This document shows positions 36,359-46,613 of a stretch of 64,000 nucleotides of DNA, one piece after another. The DNA is taken from contig CBDCDC010000002.1 in NCBI GenBank assembly GCA_965215195.1, forward strand, positions 4,608,001 to 4,672,000. Direction: 5' to 3'. The DNA is from Candidatus Latescibacterota bacterium. GTDB lineage: Bacteria > Latescibacterota > UBA2968 > UBA8231. Position 1 is the first letter of the stretch. Every line of letters begins with the position of its first letter. The notes under the pieces were generated by a model. The model made no database searches and was not told where the DNA came from. It saw only the letters and a list, made by a program, of their open reading frames with translations. The position numbers and the translations under genes are program-made.

Positions 36359-37957
36359 ATGAGTAGGGTAGATCAGATCGGCTGGCACGCCGAGAGCAAA
36401 ACCGGCGTCATTGCGGCCGGTGGGGCCGGGGCCGTAGCCGCCGGCATTGAAATTCTCGGCGCGGGCGGCAATGCAGCCGATGCCGCAGCCGGCGCGATTC
36501 TCGCGCTCAACGTCACCGATCACGGAGCCTGTTCCATCGGCGGGGAAGTGCCGGTGCTCATCTGGGACGGAAACGCGGTCAAGTCGCTGTCCGGTCAGGG
36601 ACGTGCGCCCCTGTCGCCGGCGGCCATTGCTTGGTACATGGAACACGGCATCCCAGACCACGACATCAAGATGGCCCCGGTGCCTTCAGTCGTGGATTTG
36701 TGCATTACCCTGTTGCAGCACTACGGTACGCAGAGTTTTGCCGCGATTGTCGCGCCGACCTTGGCCCTGCTCGACGAAGGCGAGGAGGCGTGGCACCCCG
36801 ACTTGGCGCGGACGCTGCGGCGCATGGTGGAGGAGGAGCATTGCGCCGCTGGCAATCGCCGAGAGAAGCTGCAAGCAGCCGGCGATCACTTCTATGGCCG
36901 TCGCGCCGAGCACGGCGATATAGCCGAGGATCTGGAGGCGTTTTACGTGGAGCAGGGCGGGTTCTTGCGCCGCGCGGATCTGGCCGCCCACAGGACCTTG
37001 ATCGAAGAGCCGGTGGCCGTCGATTACCGAGGCTACCAAGTGTACAAGTGCGGCCCGTGGACCCAAGGCCCGTATCTGTGCCAAGCCCTGCGCCTGCTCG
37101 AAGGGTTTGATCTCAAAGGCATGGGGCATTGCTCGGCCGACTACGTCCACGCGGTCGTCGAAGCCATCAAGCTGGCCATGGCCGACCGCGACGCGCACTA
37201 CGGCGACCCCCTGTTCGTGGATGTGCCCATGAACGCCTTGCTGTCCGACGACTACACCCAACTCCGGCGGCCCCTGATCGACATGGGCCAAGCCGCGCTG
37301 GACGCCCGCCCCGGCGACCCGCTCGGCATGAGGGCGGTGCAGGAGGGGGGCGCGTTCCGGCCCGGAGTCGGCGGCACCACCACGTGCGTGGTGGCCGACC
37401 GCTGGGGCATGGTCGTATCGGCCACGCCGAGCGCGAATGTCTATCGCGCTGGCGGCAGCGGCAGCACGGGCGTCTCCTACGGCAACCGCCTGCGCAGCCT
37501 CAACACGACCCCCGGACACCCCAACTGCATCGCCCCGGGCAAGCGGCCCCGCATCACCCTGACCCCCACGCTGGTGCTCAAAGACGGCGCTCCCGTGTTA
37601 GCTATCAGCGTGGCTGGCGGCGATCTGCAAGACCAAGCCACCTTGAACCTGTTGCTCGACTTTGTGGAATTTGGGATGCGACCAGCCGAAGCGGTCGTGG
37701 TGCCGCGCTTTGCCACGGACCACCACGAGGACTCGTTTGACCCCAACCCAGTGCGCGAGCAGACATTCATCGAGGCCGGCTCGCTGGCTATCAGCGCGGC
37801 TGTTGATGGGCAAGTGCGGGGCGAACTGGCGCGGCGCGGCCACCAAGTTGAGGCCCGCAACGGCCCCATCGCCACCCCGGTCATGCTGTGGGCCGACGCG
37901 GGCACGTACTACGCGGCCGGCGATCCGGCTGCGGGCCGCCACGCGGCCGGGCTGTGA
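36359..37957 (+). CDS. ggt: Gamma-glutamyltransferase family protein
   Basis: TAAGGAG RBS; GGNAADAA, EAIKLAMADR..YGDP, GTTTCVVAD nucleophile, PGKRPRITLTP, AGGDLQ. Confidence 0.9.
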   Translation: MSRVDQIGWHAESKTGVIAAGGAGAVAAGIEILGAGGNAADAAAGAILALNVTDHGACSIGGEVPVLIWDGNAVKSLSGQGRAPLSPAAIAWYMEHGIPDHDIKMAPVPSVVDLCITLLQHYGTQSFAAIVAPTLALLDEGEEAWHPDLARTLRRMVEEEHCAAGNRREKLQAAGDHFYGRRAEHGDIAEDLEAFYVEQGGFLRRADLAAHRTLIEEPVAVDYRGYQVYKCGPWTQGPYLCQALRLLEGFDLKGMGHCSADYVHAVVEAIKLAMADRDAHYGDPLFVDVPMNALLSDDYTQLRRPLIDMGQAALDARPGDPLGMRAVQEGGAFRPGVGGTTTCVVADRWGMVVSATPSANVYRAGGSGSTGVSYGNRLRSLNTTPGHPNCIAPGKRPRITLTPTLVLKDGAPVLAISVAGGDLQDQATLNLLLDFVEFGMRPAEAVVVPRFATDHHEDSFDPNPVREQTFIEAGSLAISAAVDGQVRGELARRGHQVEARNGPIATPVMLWADAGTYYAAGDPAAGRHAAGL

Positions 37958-38117
37958 GCCACGGGTTAGTGGCCAGTCCCCGCACATAACTTAGGGGCGC
38001 AAACGGACCACTAACCACTCAATAGACGGGGACTAGCGCGGCAGGATTGCGGCTGCGGTGTCTTGAAACCATATTGTCCGCTTTGAATCCCGCTAGAATC
38101 GCCTCTGAAGCTGGCTT

Positions 38118-40118
38118 TTGATGACGTCGCCGACTGCGGCCCCTACATACCGAGAAACGCACGCTCGCCAAGGTGCGGCCAGCGGGCTCACGCTCCGCTC
38201 CTTGGTGCTCGGCGTCATCCAAGTCCTCGTGGTGTGCTTGGGCGCGCCCTACGCCATTTGGGTCTTGGGGTCGTCCGAAATCACGTGGTCGTTCTTTCCG
38301 ATTGCCGTCGGCTTCTCGTTTTGCTGCCTCATCCTGCTCAACATCTTGCTCAAGACGATCAACCCCGGCTGGGCCTTGCGGCCGGCCGAGATGATCACAG
38401 TCGTGGTCATGGGCTTGGTGACGACCGGCATTCCCATCTTTATGATGGGCTACGTGCTGTCGATCCCCACCACGCCCTATTACTTTGCCTCGGCTGAAAA
38501 CCAGTGGGGCACGTACGTGTTGCCCTACCTGCCGACGTGGCTGTTGCCGAGCAACGAGGGCTTGGCCATGACGTGGTTTTTCGAGGGGCTGCCGCTCGGG
38601 GAGCCCATGCCTTGGGGCACCCTGCTCGATGCGTGGGCCATGCCGCTGTTTTGGTGGCTGAGCTTTATCTGGACCTTGTACGCGGTCTGTTTTTGCCTCG
38701 TCGTCGTATTGCGCAAGCAGTGGGTTGAGCGCGAGCGGCTGGCCTATCCCCTGATGGAGGTGCCGCAAGCTCTCGTGGCGGATGCCGATGGCCCTGCGCG
38801 CGTACCGGCCGTCTTGCGCAACAAGGTCTTTTGGCTGGGGGCGGCCCTCCCCTTGTGCATCGTCTTGTGGAACATCGTCGGCTTTTTCTTTCACTTCTTC
38901 CCCAAGATCGAATGGCATCATCCCATCCAAATCGCGCACGGCTTTCCGACCATTAACATCCGCTTGTACTTCCCGGTCGTGGGCTTCATGTACTTCGCCA
39001 ACCTCAACGTCACCTTCAGCATCTGGTTTTTCTTTTTACTACTGCTGCTCGAAGAGGGCCTGTTTAACCGCTTTGGCATTGGCGTTACCGAGGCCGACAA
39101 CTTTGTGTGGGGCTTGCCGTCGACGTCTTGGCAGTGCTGGGGGGCGTTTGTGGTGCTGGTGCTGTGGGGGTTGTGGATGGCGCGCGATCACCTAAAAGAC
39201 GTGGTGCGCAAAGCCTATAACCCGGCTCATCCGGTTGACGACAGCCGCGAGCTCATGTCCTACCGCAGCGCGGTCATCGGCCTCTTGGTCGGGGTCGTCT
39301 ATATGCTAACTTGGCTCAACAAGGCCGGCATGGAATGGCCGGTGGCGGCGTTTTTTTTGGGCGGTGTGCTCATCGCCTACTTGGGCATCACCCGCTTGGT
39401 GGTGCAGGCCGGCGTCTTTTACCTGACGACGCCCGTGGTCAGCCAAGCCATGACCATGATGACCTTTGGCACGAGTGCGATTTCGCCGACGGGCTTGGCG
39501 GCCTTGGGGATGAGCTATGGGTTCTTCAGCGATGTGCAGTCGATTTTCATGCCGTCGGCCGCCCATGCCACCCGGCTGCACGACGCCATGCGCATGAGCC
39601 GCCGCGGCCTGTGCTTGGCCATTGCGCTGGCCCTGTTGGTCGGCTTTGTCGCCGCCATTGCGTACGTCATTGCCATGGCCTATGAGCAGGGGGCCTCCAA
39701 CTTCAACTCTTGGTTTTTCCGCGTTTCCTCGGGCGCGGGGGTGCGCTCCTTTGACGACGCGATGAGCAAGATAAAAACCCCGGCCGATTTCCACGCGCAA
39801 AAGCTCAGCTTCTTCGGCGCGGGCGCGGGCGCCATGGCGGTTTTGACGTTTATGCAGTATCGCTTCCCGTGGTGGCCCCTACACCCGGTGGGCTTGGCCA
39901 TCTCCGCGATCTGGATGGTGCGCAACCAAGCCCCGGCCATCTTTGTGGCGTGGGCGGCCAAGAGCCTGATCATGCGCTTTGGCGGCATTGAGCTATACCG
40001 CAAGGCCGCGCCCTTCTTCATCGGCCTGATCCTCGGGCACTTCTTCGGGGTGGGGATCTCGTTTATCGTCGATATGATTTTCTTTCCCGGCAACGGCCAC
40101 CCCATCCTGCACGGCTGA
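38118..40118 (+). CDS. DUF6785/DUF6784-type polytopic membrane protein (putative peptide transporter), paralog 1
   Basis: RKQWVERERLAYPL, RFPWWPLHPVG, RFGGIELYRKAAPFFIGL; many TMs. Confidence 0.78.
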   Translation: MMTSPTAAPTYRETHARQGAASGLTLRSLVLGVIQVLVVCLGAPYAIWVLGSSEITWSFFPIAVGFSFCCLILLNILLKTINPGWALRPAEMITVVVMGLVTTGIPIFMMGYVLSIPTTPYYFASAENQWGTYVLPYLPTWLLPSNEGLAMTWFFEGLPLGEPMPWGTLLDAWAMPLFWWLSFIWTLYAVCFCLVVVLRKQWVERERLAYPLMEVPQALVADADGPARVPAVLRNKVFWLGAALPLCIVLWNIVGFFFHFFPKIEWHHPIQIAHGFPTINIRLYFPVVGFMYFANLNVTFSIWFFFLLLLLEEGLFNRFGIGVTEADNFVWGLPSTSWQCWGAFVVLVLWGLWMARDHLKDVVRKAYNPAHPVDDSRELMSYRSAVIGLLVGVVYMLTWLNKAGMEWPVAAFFLGGVLIAYLGITRLVVQAGVFYLTTPVVSQAMTMMTFGTSAISPTGLAALGMSYGFFSDVQSIFMPSAAHATRLHDAMRMSRRGLCLAIALALLVGFVAAIAYVIAMAYEQGASNFNSWFFRVSSGAGVRSFDDAMSKIKTPADFHAQKLSFFGAGAGAMAVLTFMQYRFPWWPLHPVGLAISAIWMVRNQAPAIFVAWAAKSLIMRFGGIELYRKAAPFFIGLILGHFFGVGISFIVDMIFFPGNGHPILHG

Positions 40119-40125
40119 GGCCGCG

Positions 40126-42093
40126 TTGTCAACCCATCCCGCACAGCAAGAGGGCACAGGCGTCACCGTGCGCTCCTTGGTCGTGGGCTGCGGAGTGGTG
40201 GCGTTGATCAGCTTGGGGGCACCGCACTCGATCTGGACGTTTGGCTCGTCCGAGATGACGTGGTCGTTCTTTCCGCTCGGGGTGGGGTTTCTCTTTGTCG
40301 GCCTCATCTTCGCCAACGCCCTGCTCAAGACCTTCAACCCCAACTGGGCCCTGCGCCCGGCCGAGATGATCACCGCTGTCGTCATGGGTTTGGTCTGCAC
40401 TGGCATCCCGGTTTTCCTCATCGGCTACTTCCTAGCCATACCGACTACGCCTTATTACTTTGCGTCGGCCGAGAACCAATGGGGCACCTACGTACTGCCC
40501 TACCTGCCCGCTTGGCTGTTGCCGAGCAACGACGGCTTGGCCATGACGTGGTTTTTCGAGGGCCTACCCATCGGCGAACCTACCCCTTGGCACACCTTGC
40601 TAGCCGCTTGGGCTATGCCGCTGTTTTGGTGGCTGAGCTTTATATGGACTTTGTACCTAGTCTGCTTCTGCGTGGTGGTCATCCTGCGCAAGCAGTGGGT
40701 CGAGCGCGAGCGGCTGGCCTATCCCTTGATGGAAGTGCCGCAAGCCCTCGTCGCCAACGCCGACCGCTCCCGCAGGCTGCCAGCGGTCATGTACAGCAAA
40801 GTCTTCTGGGCGGGAGCGGCCATTCCGCTTTGCATTGTCTTGTGGAACATCGTCGGCTTTTTCTTACACTTCTTTCCCAAAATTGAGTGGCATCACCCCA
40901 TTCAGGTTGCGCCCGGTTTTCCGACCATTAACATCCGCTTCTACTTTCCAGTCATCGGCTTCATGTACTTCGCCAATCTCAACGTCACCTTCAGCATTTG
41001 GTTCTTCTTTTTGCTGATGCTGATCGAGGAGGGTTTGTTCAACCGCTTTGGCCTCGGCGTCACCGAGGCGGATAAGTTCGTTTGGGGGCTGCCGTCGACG
41101 TCTTGGCAGTGTTGGGGGGCGTTTGTGGTGCTGGTGCTGTGGGGGCTGTGGATGGCGCGCGACCACCTCAAGGACGTGGTCCGCAAGGCGTGGAATCCAG
41201 CCTACCCGATTGACGATCGCCGCGAGTTGATGTCCTATCGCGCCGCCGTGCTGGGCCTCTTGCTGGGCACCTTCTACATGCTAACTTGGCTGCACAAGGC
41301 CGGCATGGAATGGTCGGTGGCCGTGCTCTTTTTGGCCGGCGTCCTCATCGCCTATTTGGGTATTACGCGCCTAGTGGTCCAGACCGGCGCGTTCTACCTG
41401 ACCACGCCCGTCGTCAGTCAGGCGATGACCATGATGACGCTGGGCACCAGTGCCATTTCGCCGACCGGGTTGGCGGCCTTGGGGTTGACCTATTCCTTTT
41501 TCGGCGACGTGCAGTCCATCTTCATGCCCTCGGCCGCGCACGCCGCCAAGCTGCACAACAGCCTGCACATTGCCCGCCGCGGCTTTGTCTTGGCCATCGC
41601 CTTGGCCGTGGTCCTGTCCTTCGCCGTTTCCCTGACCAACCTCATCGCCATGGCCTACGAGCAGGGGGCTTCCAACTTCAACTCCTGGATCTTCCGCGTC
41701 TCCTCGGGCGCGGGCGTGATGGCCTTTGGCGATGTCGTCGCCAAGATCAAGGCCCCGGCCGATTTCCACGCGCAAAAGCTCAGCTTCTTCGGCATTGGCG
41801 CGGCCGCCATGGCGGTTTTGACCTTTATGCAGTACCGCTTCCCGTGGTGGCCCCTGCACCCGGTGGGCTTGGCTATCTCCGCGATCTGGATGGTGAGGAA
41901 CCAAGCCGCGGCCATTTTTGTGGCGTGGGCGGCCAAGAGCCTGATCATGCGCTTTGGCGGCATCGAACTGTATCGCAAGGCCGCGCCCTTCTTCATCGGC
42001 CTCATCGCCGGCTACTTCCTCGGCGTTGGCCTCTCCTTCCTCGTCGATGTGGCGTTCTTCCCCGGCAACGGGCATCCGATTCTGCACGGCTGA
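40126..42093 (+). CDS. DUF6785/DUF6784-type membrane protein, paralog 2
   Basis: Colinear close paralog of 38118..40118; TTG start. Confidence 0.78.
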   Translation: MSTHPAQQEGTGVTVRSLVVGCGVVALISLGAPHSIWTFGSSEMTWSFFPLGVGFLFVGLIFANALLKTFNPNWALRPAEMITAVVMGLVCTGIPVFLIGYFLAIPTTPYYFASAENQWGTYVLPYLPAWLLPSNDGLAMTWFFEGLPIGEPTPWHTLLAAWAMPLFWWLSFIWTLYLVCFCVVVILRKQWVERERLAYPLMEVPQALVANADRSRRLPAVMYSKVFWAGAAIPLCIVLWNIVGFFLHFFPKIEWHHPIQVAPGFPTINIRFYFPVIGFMYFANLNVTFSIWFFFLLMLIEEGLFNRFGLGVTEADKFVWGLPSTSWQCWGAFVVLVLWGLWMARDHLKDVVRKAWNPAYPIDDRRELMSYRAAVLGLLLGTFYMLTWLHKAGMEWSVAVLFLAGVLIAYLGITRLVVQTGAFYLTTPVVSQAMTMMTLGTSAISPTGLAALGLTYSFFGDVQSIFMPSAAHAAKLHNSLHIARRGFVLAIALAVVLSFAVSLTNLIAMAYEQGASNFNSWIFRVSSGAGVMAFGDVVAKIKAPADFHAQKLSFFGIGAAAMAVLTFMQYRFPWWPLHPVGLAISAIWMVRNQAAAIFVAWAAKSLIMRFGGIELYRKAAPFFIGLIAGYFLGVGLSFLVDVAFFPGNGHPILHG

Positions 42094-42128
42094 GGATTTT
42101 GGCTTTAATGGGTTGATTTTTTAGATTC
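42077..42128 (+). repeat. 52-bp direct repeat (gene 3' end plus downstream), partner 45861-45912
   Basis: CGATTCTGCACGGCTGAGGATTTTGG(C/A)TTTAATGGGTTGATT..; 3 mismatches. Confidence 0.92.
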
Positions 42129-42213
42129 CCAACGAGCAAAATCGACGCAGTCGCGAATGCCTGCCAAGCACCATGGCACAACCCGGTTGGACCTCTTTAT
42201 CTTTGGATTGACA

Positions 42214-44393
42214 ATGTTCAATAATTGCCATAAGTCGTTAAAAAACAATAATTTACCCCCCCCCCCCGAAAATTCTCCAGGTTTTGGATTGCTGTCTTGC
42301 TGGCATCCGCTCCATGCTATTCCAACAACGACGCCGGCATTGAGTTACCTACGCCCGGTGCGCCAACCGGAGTCGCCGTTAGTGCCTCCAACAGACGAAT
42401 TACCGCCGTTTGGAACGCGGTCCCCAACGCGACGAGTTACGCGATTGCCGTCAGACTGAAAAACGGACTTGACCTCGCATGGCGCGAATACCCGACGCCC
42501 TCCTCGCCCTACACCATCGCGGATATGTATGCGATGAGCGGGATGCCGTATGAGGTTCGGGTTGCTGCGGTCAACGCCGACGGGCACTCCGAGTGGTCAC
42601 GTGTCGTCTCAATAACAGCTCCCACGCTCCAAGCAGCTCCGGCCGACGCGATTATAAGTTCCCTACCTCCCCCTTTTGTGGGAGAAACCATACGTGCGAG
42701 CTTGGACAGCCAGCGTCCATTTGCGAACAGGTCGGCGTGGCATTGGTCTATTTGCAACGCCGACGGGTCCGGGTGCAAGGTGCTGCCGCAAAGTTCCCCG
42801 ACGTATGAGTACTTAATGCAGGGCGACATGCAAGGAAAGCGCGTGTCGGTTCAGGTGGATTATGACAAAGAGGGCGTGTCGTACTCCGCGACAGCGGTGT
42901 TGGGCGTCGTCTGCGCGGCCCGGGAGCCTCCGACGCAGACGCACTTGTATGATCTACACTCGGCGTGGGTTGAGCTCCAATGGGACAGTGCGAGGGGCGG
43001 TGCCATCGCGCCTCTGTCCAACGACTTGCTCGTCGCAACGCCGTGGGGACGGATCGCGCTGGTGCGCCCAAACGGAGAGGTGGCCGATCTCGAGGGGACC
43101 GTTCCGATGGAGGTGGCGGAATACCTAGCGCACCCGGACCAAGCAAATTTCCGCTTGGCCCGGTTTCGCGTTGCCGACATTTTGTTGAAACAGCATTCGG
43201 CGGGGCGTTATGAACTGTTTGTGACGCATCACTATTTCACCGGCGCGTGCATCCGGTTCAGGTTGTCATCTACGACGCTGCTGCAACAAGGAGCGAGCGT
43301 TTCGGTATCGTCGGCGTGGAGAACGATATTCGACGCGGAACCTTGCCTGCCAATCGACAGTTCCGATCTACACCAAGCGGGGGGAAGGATGTTGACGGAC
43401 GGGCCCGATCACTTGTTGGTCGTTATAGGAGATCATCAGAGTAGTGGTAGGTTTGCTCAAGCCGCGGACTCGCACTTGGGCAAGCTCGTCCGCATCGAAA
43501 TCGAGACCGGCACCGCGGAGACGCTGGCCGTCGGCCTGCGCAATCCGCAGGGGTTCGCCCGGGACGAGGACGGCAACTTGTGGGAAACCGAGCACGGACC
43601 GCAGGGCGGCGATGAACTCAACGGGCTGGAAGCGGGCGGCAATTACGGTTGGCCGTTGGTTAGTTATGGCGTCAAGTATGGAGGAAAGGTCAACGTGCCC
43701 CGCGCCGAAGAGGTAGGCCGGCACGAGGGCTTCACAAAGCCCGTTTTCGCTTGGGTGCCGTCAATCGGCATCTCCAGCATCGTCGTAAATGACGAGCGCT
43801 TGTTCCCGCTGTGGGGAGACGATCTGTTGATCGGTTCGCTTAGGAGCCACTCGCTCTTTCGAGTCCGCCGCGATGGCCCGGACGTGCAATACGTCGAACG
43901 CATCCGCGTTGGCTACCGGATACGGGATCTCGCGCAAATGCCGGACAGGCGTATCGCGCTATTGGCCGATGGGGGAAAGGTCCATTTCCTGAGCCGATCC
44001 TACTACGCCCACTGCGACGCTGAGTCTAAGAAGGAACGCCGCGTCTATGCGATCGACTGTAGATCGGGGATTGATCATACGGAGGCGGTGGGTGGGGTCG
44101 CGGCTAGCGGTGCTCAGCTATACGGTGCGCATTGCAGCGGTTGTCATAGCCTGAGTGCCGAGGAGCACGGCCTTGGTCCGCATCTCGTCGGTGTGCTGGG
44201 TCGGCGCATCGGCTCGGTTAGCGGCTACCTGTTCTCAGACGCACTCAAGTCGCTGGACATGGCGTGGACGCCGACCCGCTTGGAACGGTTCTTAGCTAAT
44301 CCCAAGCAGTTTGCCCCGGGCACCTTCAAGGCGTCGTTGTCCATCACCCCAGCGGAAGCCCGTGCCATCGCGGACTTTATCGGGGGCGATTGA
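42214..44393 (+). CDS. FN3 + PQQ-dependent sugar dehydrogenase (GSDH) + cytochrome c protein; 5' end frameshifted at a C12 tract
   Basis: FN3 (YEVRVAAVN..GHSEWS), HQAGGR, GLRNPQG, TEHGPQGGDELN..GGNYGWP, CSGCH heme motif; long ORF 42297..44393. Confidence 0.78.
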
Positions 44394-44400
44394 CCTTTTT

Positions 44401-44551
44401 CTTACTACACGACATCAGCCCTCAGCCTGCCAAGGATCGAGGGCATCTTGCCCTCGTCGAGGGGGGACGCCCTCGAGCCCGCACCCAGCGGAAACCGCAG
44501 AAAAGGCGTACTCAAAGTAAGGGGCACCTACTTTAGGTGTCGTGTACTAAG
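44401..44551 (+). mobile_element. About 150-bp MITE with internal REP doublet, copy 1
   Basis: CTTA-CTACACGACA ... TGTCGTGTAC-TAAG ends; core GGATCGAGGGCATCTTGCCCTCGTCGAGGG..GACGCCCTCGA. Confidence 0.8.
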
Positions 44552-44621
44552 GACCTTTTTATGAAAATCCCTGCGTACGGTCCGTTAATGATACCATCAT
44601 CAGCGTACAAGCTCGCCCCCC

Positions 44622-45773
44622 TCACGGCCACAAGGCATCGTTGGCCAGCAGCGCACAGAAGCGGGCAAACGGCACAACCTCAATGCCATCGGCTGTTTGC
44701 AAGGACGGCCCGTCGGGATAGACGATAAAGCGCCGACGCAGGCCCTTTAGGCCGGCGAGTACCCGCAAGCCCTTGCACCAAGTTTTCGCAAAGGTCCTAC
44801 CCGCCTTCACTTCAACGGCGACAAATTCTCCTTGGCGCTTGAGCAGGAAATCCACTTCGGTTTGGCTCGGCGCGGCACTGGCCCAGTAGAAAAACTCCTC
44901 ACACACCCCGCGATAGTCTTTGTAGGCCCGAATGAGCTGGGCAACCAACCCTTCAAAGAGAGGGCCGCGCTCTTCCGGGGCGAGCGGACCGACGACCCGC
45001 TTGAGGGTGCGCACGATCCCAGGGTCGCACCAGTACCACTTGGGCAAGGTGCGTTCGCGGACGCGCAGCTTGGCTTGGTAGGCTGGTAGTTGGAAGCAGA
45101 GGAGGGTTTCCTGCAAAATTTCCAAGTAGCCAGTCGCCGTGGTGCGGGCAACGCCGGCCTCGCGGGCGATGTTGGTCGCATTGACCGTCTGGCCGTGGAA
45201 CAGGGCGGCAATGGGCAGAAAGCGCGCAAATCCAGGCAGATTGCGCACGAGGCCCTCGGCTTGGATTTCTTCTCGGAGATACATCTGGGCGTAGGCGGCC
45301 AAGGTCTCGTCTTTGGCCGCGGAAGCCCAGACGATGGGCAGCAGGCCATAGCGCATGGCTTCCTCGAGGTCGAAGGCGGCGGCTAGTTCGGCCGGGACAA
45401 AAGGGTGCATGGCGCGATACAAGGCCCGTCCGGCGAGCAGGTTGACGCCCGCTCGCTTGAGTTTGCGGGCACTCGACCCACACAACACAAAGCGCAGCCC
45501 TCGTTCTTCAATGAAGCGATGGACCTCGTTGAGTAGGCTGGGCAGCCGCTGCATTTCGTCTAACACCACCCAGCGGTCTCTGTCAACAGCTCTTAATTCG
45601 GCGGCGAAGAGGCCGGGATGGGCCAACAGGCGCTGGTAGGTCTCTTCGGCGAGCAAGTTGACCATGTGGGCGTCGGGAAAGGCCGAGCGGAGATAGGTGC
45701 TCTTGCCAACGCCGCGGGGCCCCATCAGGAAGAAGCTCTGGCCGGGTATTTGGAGGATGCGGGGAAGGATCAT
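44622..45773 (-). CDS. AAA_14 ATPase with DUF4143 (PD-(D/E)XK-like) C-terminus
   Basis: GPRGVGKST Walker A, VLDEMQ Walker B, CGSS..LAGR, LFEG, EVDF..VAVEVK. Confidence 0.9.
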   Translation of the reverse strand: MILPRILQIPGQSFFLMGPRGVGKSTYLRSAFPDAHMVNLLAEETYQRLLAHPGLFAAELRAVDRDRWVVLDEMQRLPSLLNEVHRFIEERGLRFVLCGSSARKLKRAGVNLLAGRALYRAMHPFVPAELAAAFDLEEAMRYGLLPIVWASAAKDETLAAYAQMYLREEIQAEGLVRNLPGFARFLPIAALFHGQTVNATNIAREAGVARTTATGYLEILQETLLCFQLPAYQAKLRVRERTLPKWYWCDPGIVRTLKRVVGPLAPEERGPLFEGLVAQLIRAYKDYRGVCEEFFYWASAAPSQTEVDFLLKRQGEFVAVEVKAGRTFAKTWCKGLRVLAGLKGLRRRFIVYPDGPSLQTADGIEVVPFARFCALLANDALWP

Positions 45774-45918
45774 TTGCCTACCTCGTCGTCGTTTTTCGCG
45801 GTAAAATGACGAGAAGATAGGCAAATAGGGCGATGGTCAACAGTCGTGGTTCGAGGATGGCGATTCTGCACGGCTGAGGATTTTGGATTTAATGGGTTGA
45901 TTCTTTAGGTTCTACACT

Positions 45919-46413
45919 ATGACCACAGAGACAACCAAAAAGATCAACCAAACGCTCGAACTCGTCGTAGAGACCCTCGTCCGCTCACACCCCTTCGAGC
46001 GGATCGTTCTATTCGGCTCCCATGCTACAGGTCATAGCCAATGGGACAGTGATTTGGACTTACTCGTAGTCTGGCAGACGGGTTTGCCTCCGTTGGAGCG
46101 CACCCTTGAAACGCGCCGTCTGCTCGAAGGCATTGATTGCCCCTTGGATATTGTCGTGTACACCCCCGCCGAATTGGACTATTGGAAAGAAGCTCCGTCT
46201 TCATTCGCGTCCCAGATATTGGCCGAGGGCATCACTTTATATGAGCGAAACTCCGCAAGAACTTCAGTTGTGAATGAGCCTCAAGGTCGGCGTTCACTGG
46301 ATATTGCCCAAGCTATTCGCCGGGATTGCCGGGCCTACCTGATGGAGTTGGAGCCAACGCTTTTTGACCAATTGACCGCTACTCCCGCATCGCGCCCTTC
46401 TTCATCGGCCTAA
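45919..46413 (+). CDS. Minimal nucleotidyltransferase (MNT), now reading into a HEPN remnant
   Basis: LFGSHATG...DSDLDLLVV, LDIVVYTP, EGITLYE; tail SLDIAQAIRRDCRAYL resembles a HEPN C-terminal helix. Confidence 0.78.
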   Translation: MTTETTKKINQTLELVVETLVRSHPFERIVLFGSHATGHSQWDSDLDLLVVWQTGLPPLERTLETRRLLEGIDCPLDIVVYTPAELDYWKEAPSSFASQILAEGITLYERNSARTSVVNEPQGRRSLDIAQAIRRDCRAYLMELEPTLFDQLTATPASRPSSSA

Positions 46414-46431
46414 TCGCTGGCTACTTCCTCG
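46391..46431 (+). repeat. 41-bp copy of DUF6785 gene near-3' coding sequence (41982-42022)
   Basis: CGCGCCCTTCTTCATCGGCCT(C/A)ATCGC(C/T)GGCTACTTCCTCG; two synonymous differences. Confidence 0.88.
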
Positions 46432-46433
46432 TC

Positions 46434-46527
46434 GGATCGAGGGCATCTTGCCCTCGTCGAGGGCGGGACGCCCTCGATCCCGGACTCATCGCCCATCAAC
46501 GACAAGTTATTGGTGTCGTGTAGTTAG
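46434..46527. repeat. Partial MITE: REP doublet plus one terminal repeat
   Basis: GGATCGAGGGCATCTTGCCCTCGTCGAGGGCGGGACGCCCTCGATCC and TGGTGTCGTGTAGT. Confidence 0.75.
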
Positions 46528-46613
46528 GCGATGGTGTTAAAGTGGGGAATGCTGAAAGGGACTACGCGAGTTTTTAGCGAATTTTCATCTATTCAAGGAG
46601 ACAGAAAGGTACA

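Noticed and set aside
36686-42116. Long antisense or alternate-frame ORFs over ggt and the DUF6785 genes
   Set aside because: Typical stop-poor shadow frames in GC-rich coding DNA, with no recognisable motifs or RBS.
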